Origin: a virus
Taxonomy: Duplodnaviria > Caudoviricetes
IMG/VR virus record: IMGVR_UViG_3300049982_000048
Span: 1 to 34,663 of that record
Direction: 5' to 3' (one strand)
Length of the DNA stretch: 34,663 nt
Part shown: in pieces, positions 34,278 to 34,663 of the stretch
How positions within the stretch are numbered: position 1 is the stretch's first letter
Layout: every line of letters begins with the position of its first letter
The notes under the pieces: model-generated
Database searches by the model: none
Seen by the model: only the letters and a program-made list of their open reading frames with translations
Told to the model about the DNA's origin: nothing
Made by a program: the position numbers and the translations under genes

Positions 34278-34663
34278 ATGGCAAAAACCCGATATATCGG
34301 TCGCGACAACGCGCCGATCAGTGAAGCGGAGTGGAAGAGAAAACAGGCAGACCCCGCTTATGCCATCGTCAAAGAGTATGACAATGGCGTGGTGCGGGTG
34401 ACGCTGAAGTGGAACGGTCGCATCGCTGGCGCATCAGCCGGCAGTTATCCCGACTATTGGCCGGTGTTCGTGATACTGGTCAAGAACTACAAAGCCGATG
34501 GCGCACTGGTCAACGATCCAGTGGACAATGATCAGACGTTCCCGAACGAGAAGGCGGCAATCGCAACCTACGAAGAATTCTTGAAGAAATGGACCGAAAG
34601 CCAGGTAGATGAATATGGCGAGTTTCAGGAAGAGGGCAACATTCTGACGCCACCGCCGCCACC
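34278..34663 (+). CDS. Hypothetical protein, 3'-truncated by the window edge (MAKTRYIGRD...)
   Basis: RBS AAGGAG; frame open to the end of the window; CATAAT at 34235-34240 upstream. Confidence 0.75.
   Translation, partial: MAKTRYIGRDNAPISEAEWKRKQADPAYAIVKEYDNGVVRVTLKWNGRIAGASAGSYPDYWPVFVILVKNYKADGALVNDPVDNDQTFPNEKAAIATYEEFLKKWTESQVDEYGEFQEEGNILTPPPP

Larger units (their letters stand above)
1..34663 (+). mobile_element. Segment of a large phage / phage-plasmid genome (replication, recombination, nucleotide metabolism and accessory region)
   Basis: All genes co-oriented with frequent ATGA/GTGA overlaps; phage-type dnaE-UDG, gp32-like SSB, recA, sbcCD, ruvC, nrdJ, thyX; many short hypothetical ORFs. 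Confidence 0.9.

Overview
A 34.7-kb, GC-rich, densely packed segment with all credible genes on the + strand. It is the replication, recombination and nucleotide-metabolism (early/middle) region of a large temperate phage or phage-plasmid. The gene set and order resemble the SSU5/pHCM2-type phage-plasmids and related large siphoviruses; a proteobacterial host is an inference. Core genes: SpoU/TrmH methyltransferase, DnaE fused to a degenerate family-4 UDG-like domain, UvsY-like mediator, T4 gp32-like SSB, 5'-3' exonuclease, RecA, SleB-type hydrolase, SbcD and SbcC, Mesh1-like HD hydrolase, RuvC, class II RNR, ThyX, two MazG-like proteins, a nucleotide kinase, AlkB, an SPFH lipoprotein, a cupin and a DnaQ-like exonuclease, plus about 35 small accessory ORFs. 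Signals the ORF track does not show: (1) 14 intergenic copies of a palindromic operator AGTCA-N4-TGA(C/G)(T/C) in fixed geometries with -10 boxes; (2) a 45-aa type IV prepilin mimic; (3) shared aromatic C-terminal tags (GWGAF, GGTF, GFGSW, GWSSW and DLTAP...PQT...W) on six unrelated proteins; (4) three copies of an SSB-tail-like motif in the UvsY-like protein; (5) an RBS-sequestering hairpin with an embedded -10 box; (6) a long RNA stem after nrdJ, then a promoter followed almost at once by a terminator; (7) scrambled terminase-like motifs in an apparently fused ORF. No rRNA, tRNA, CRISPR array, IS element or virion structural gene was recognised.
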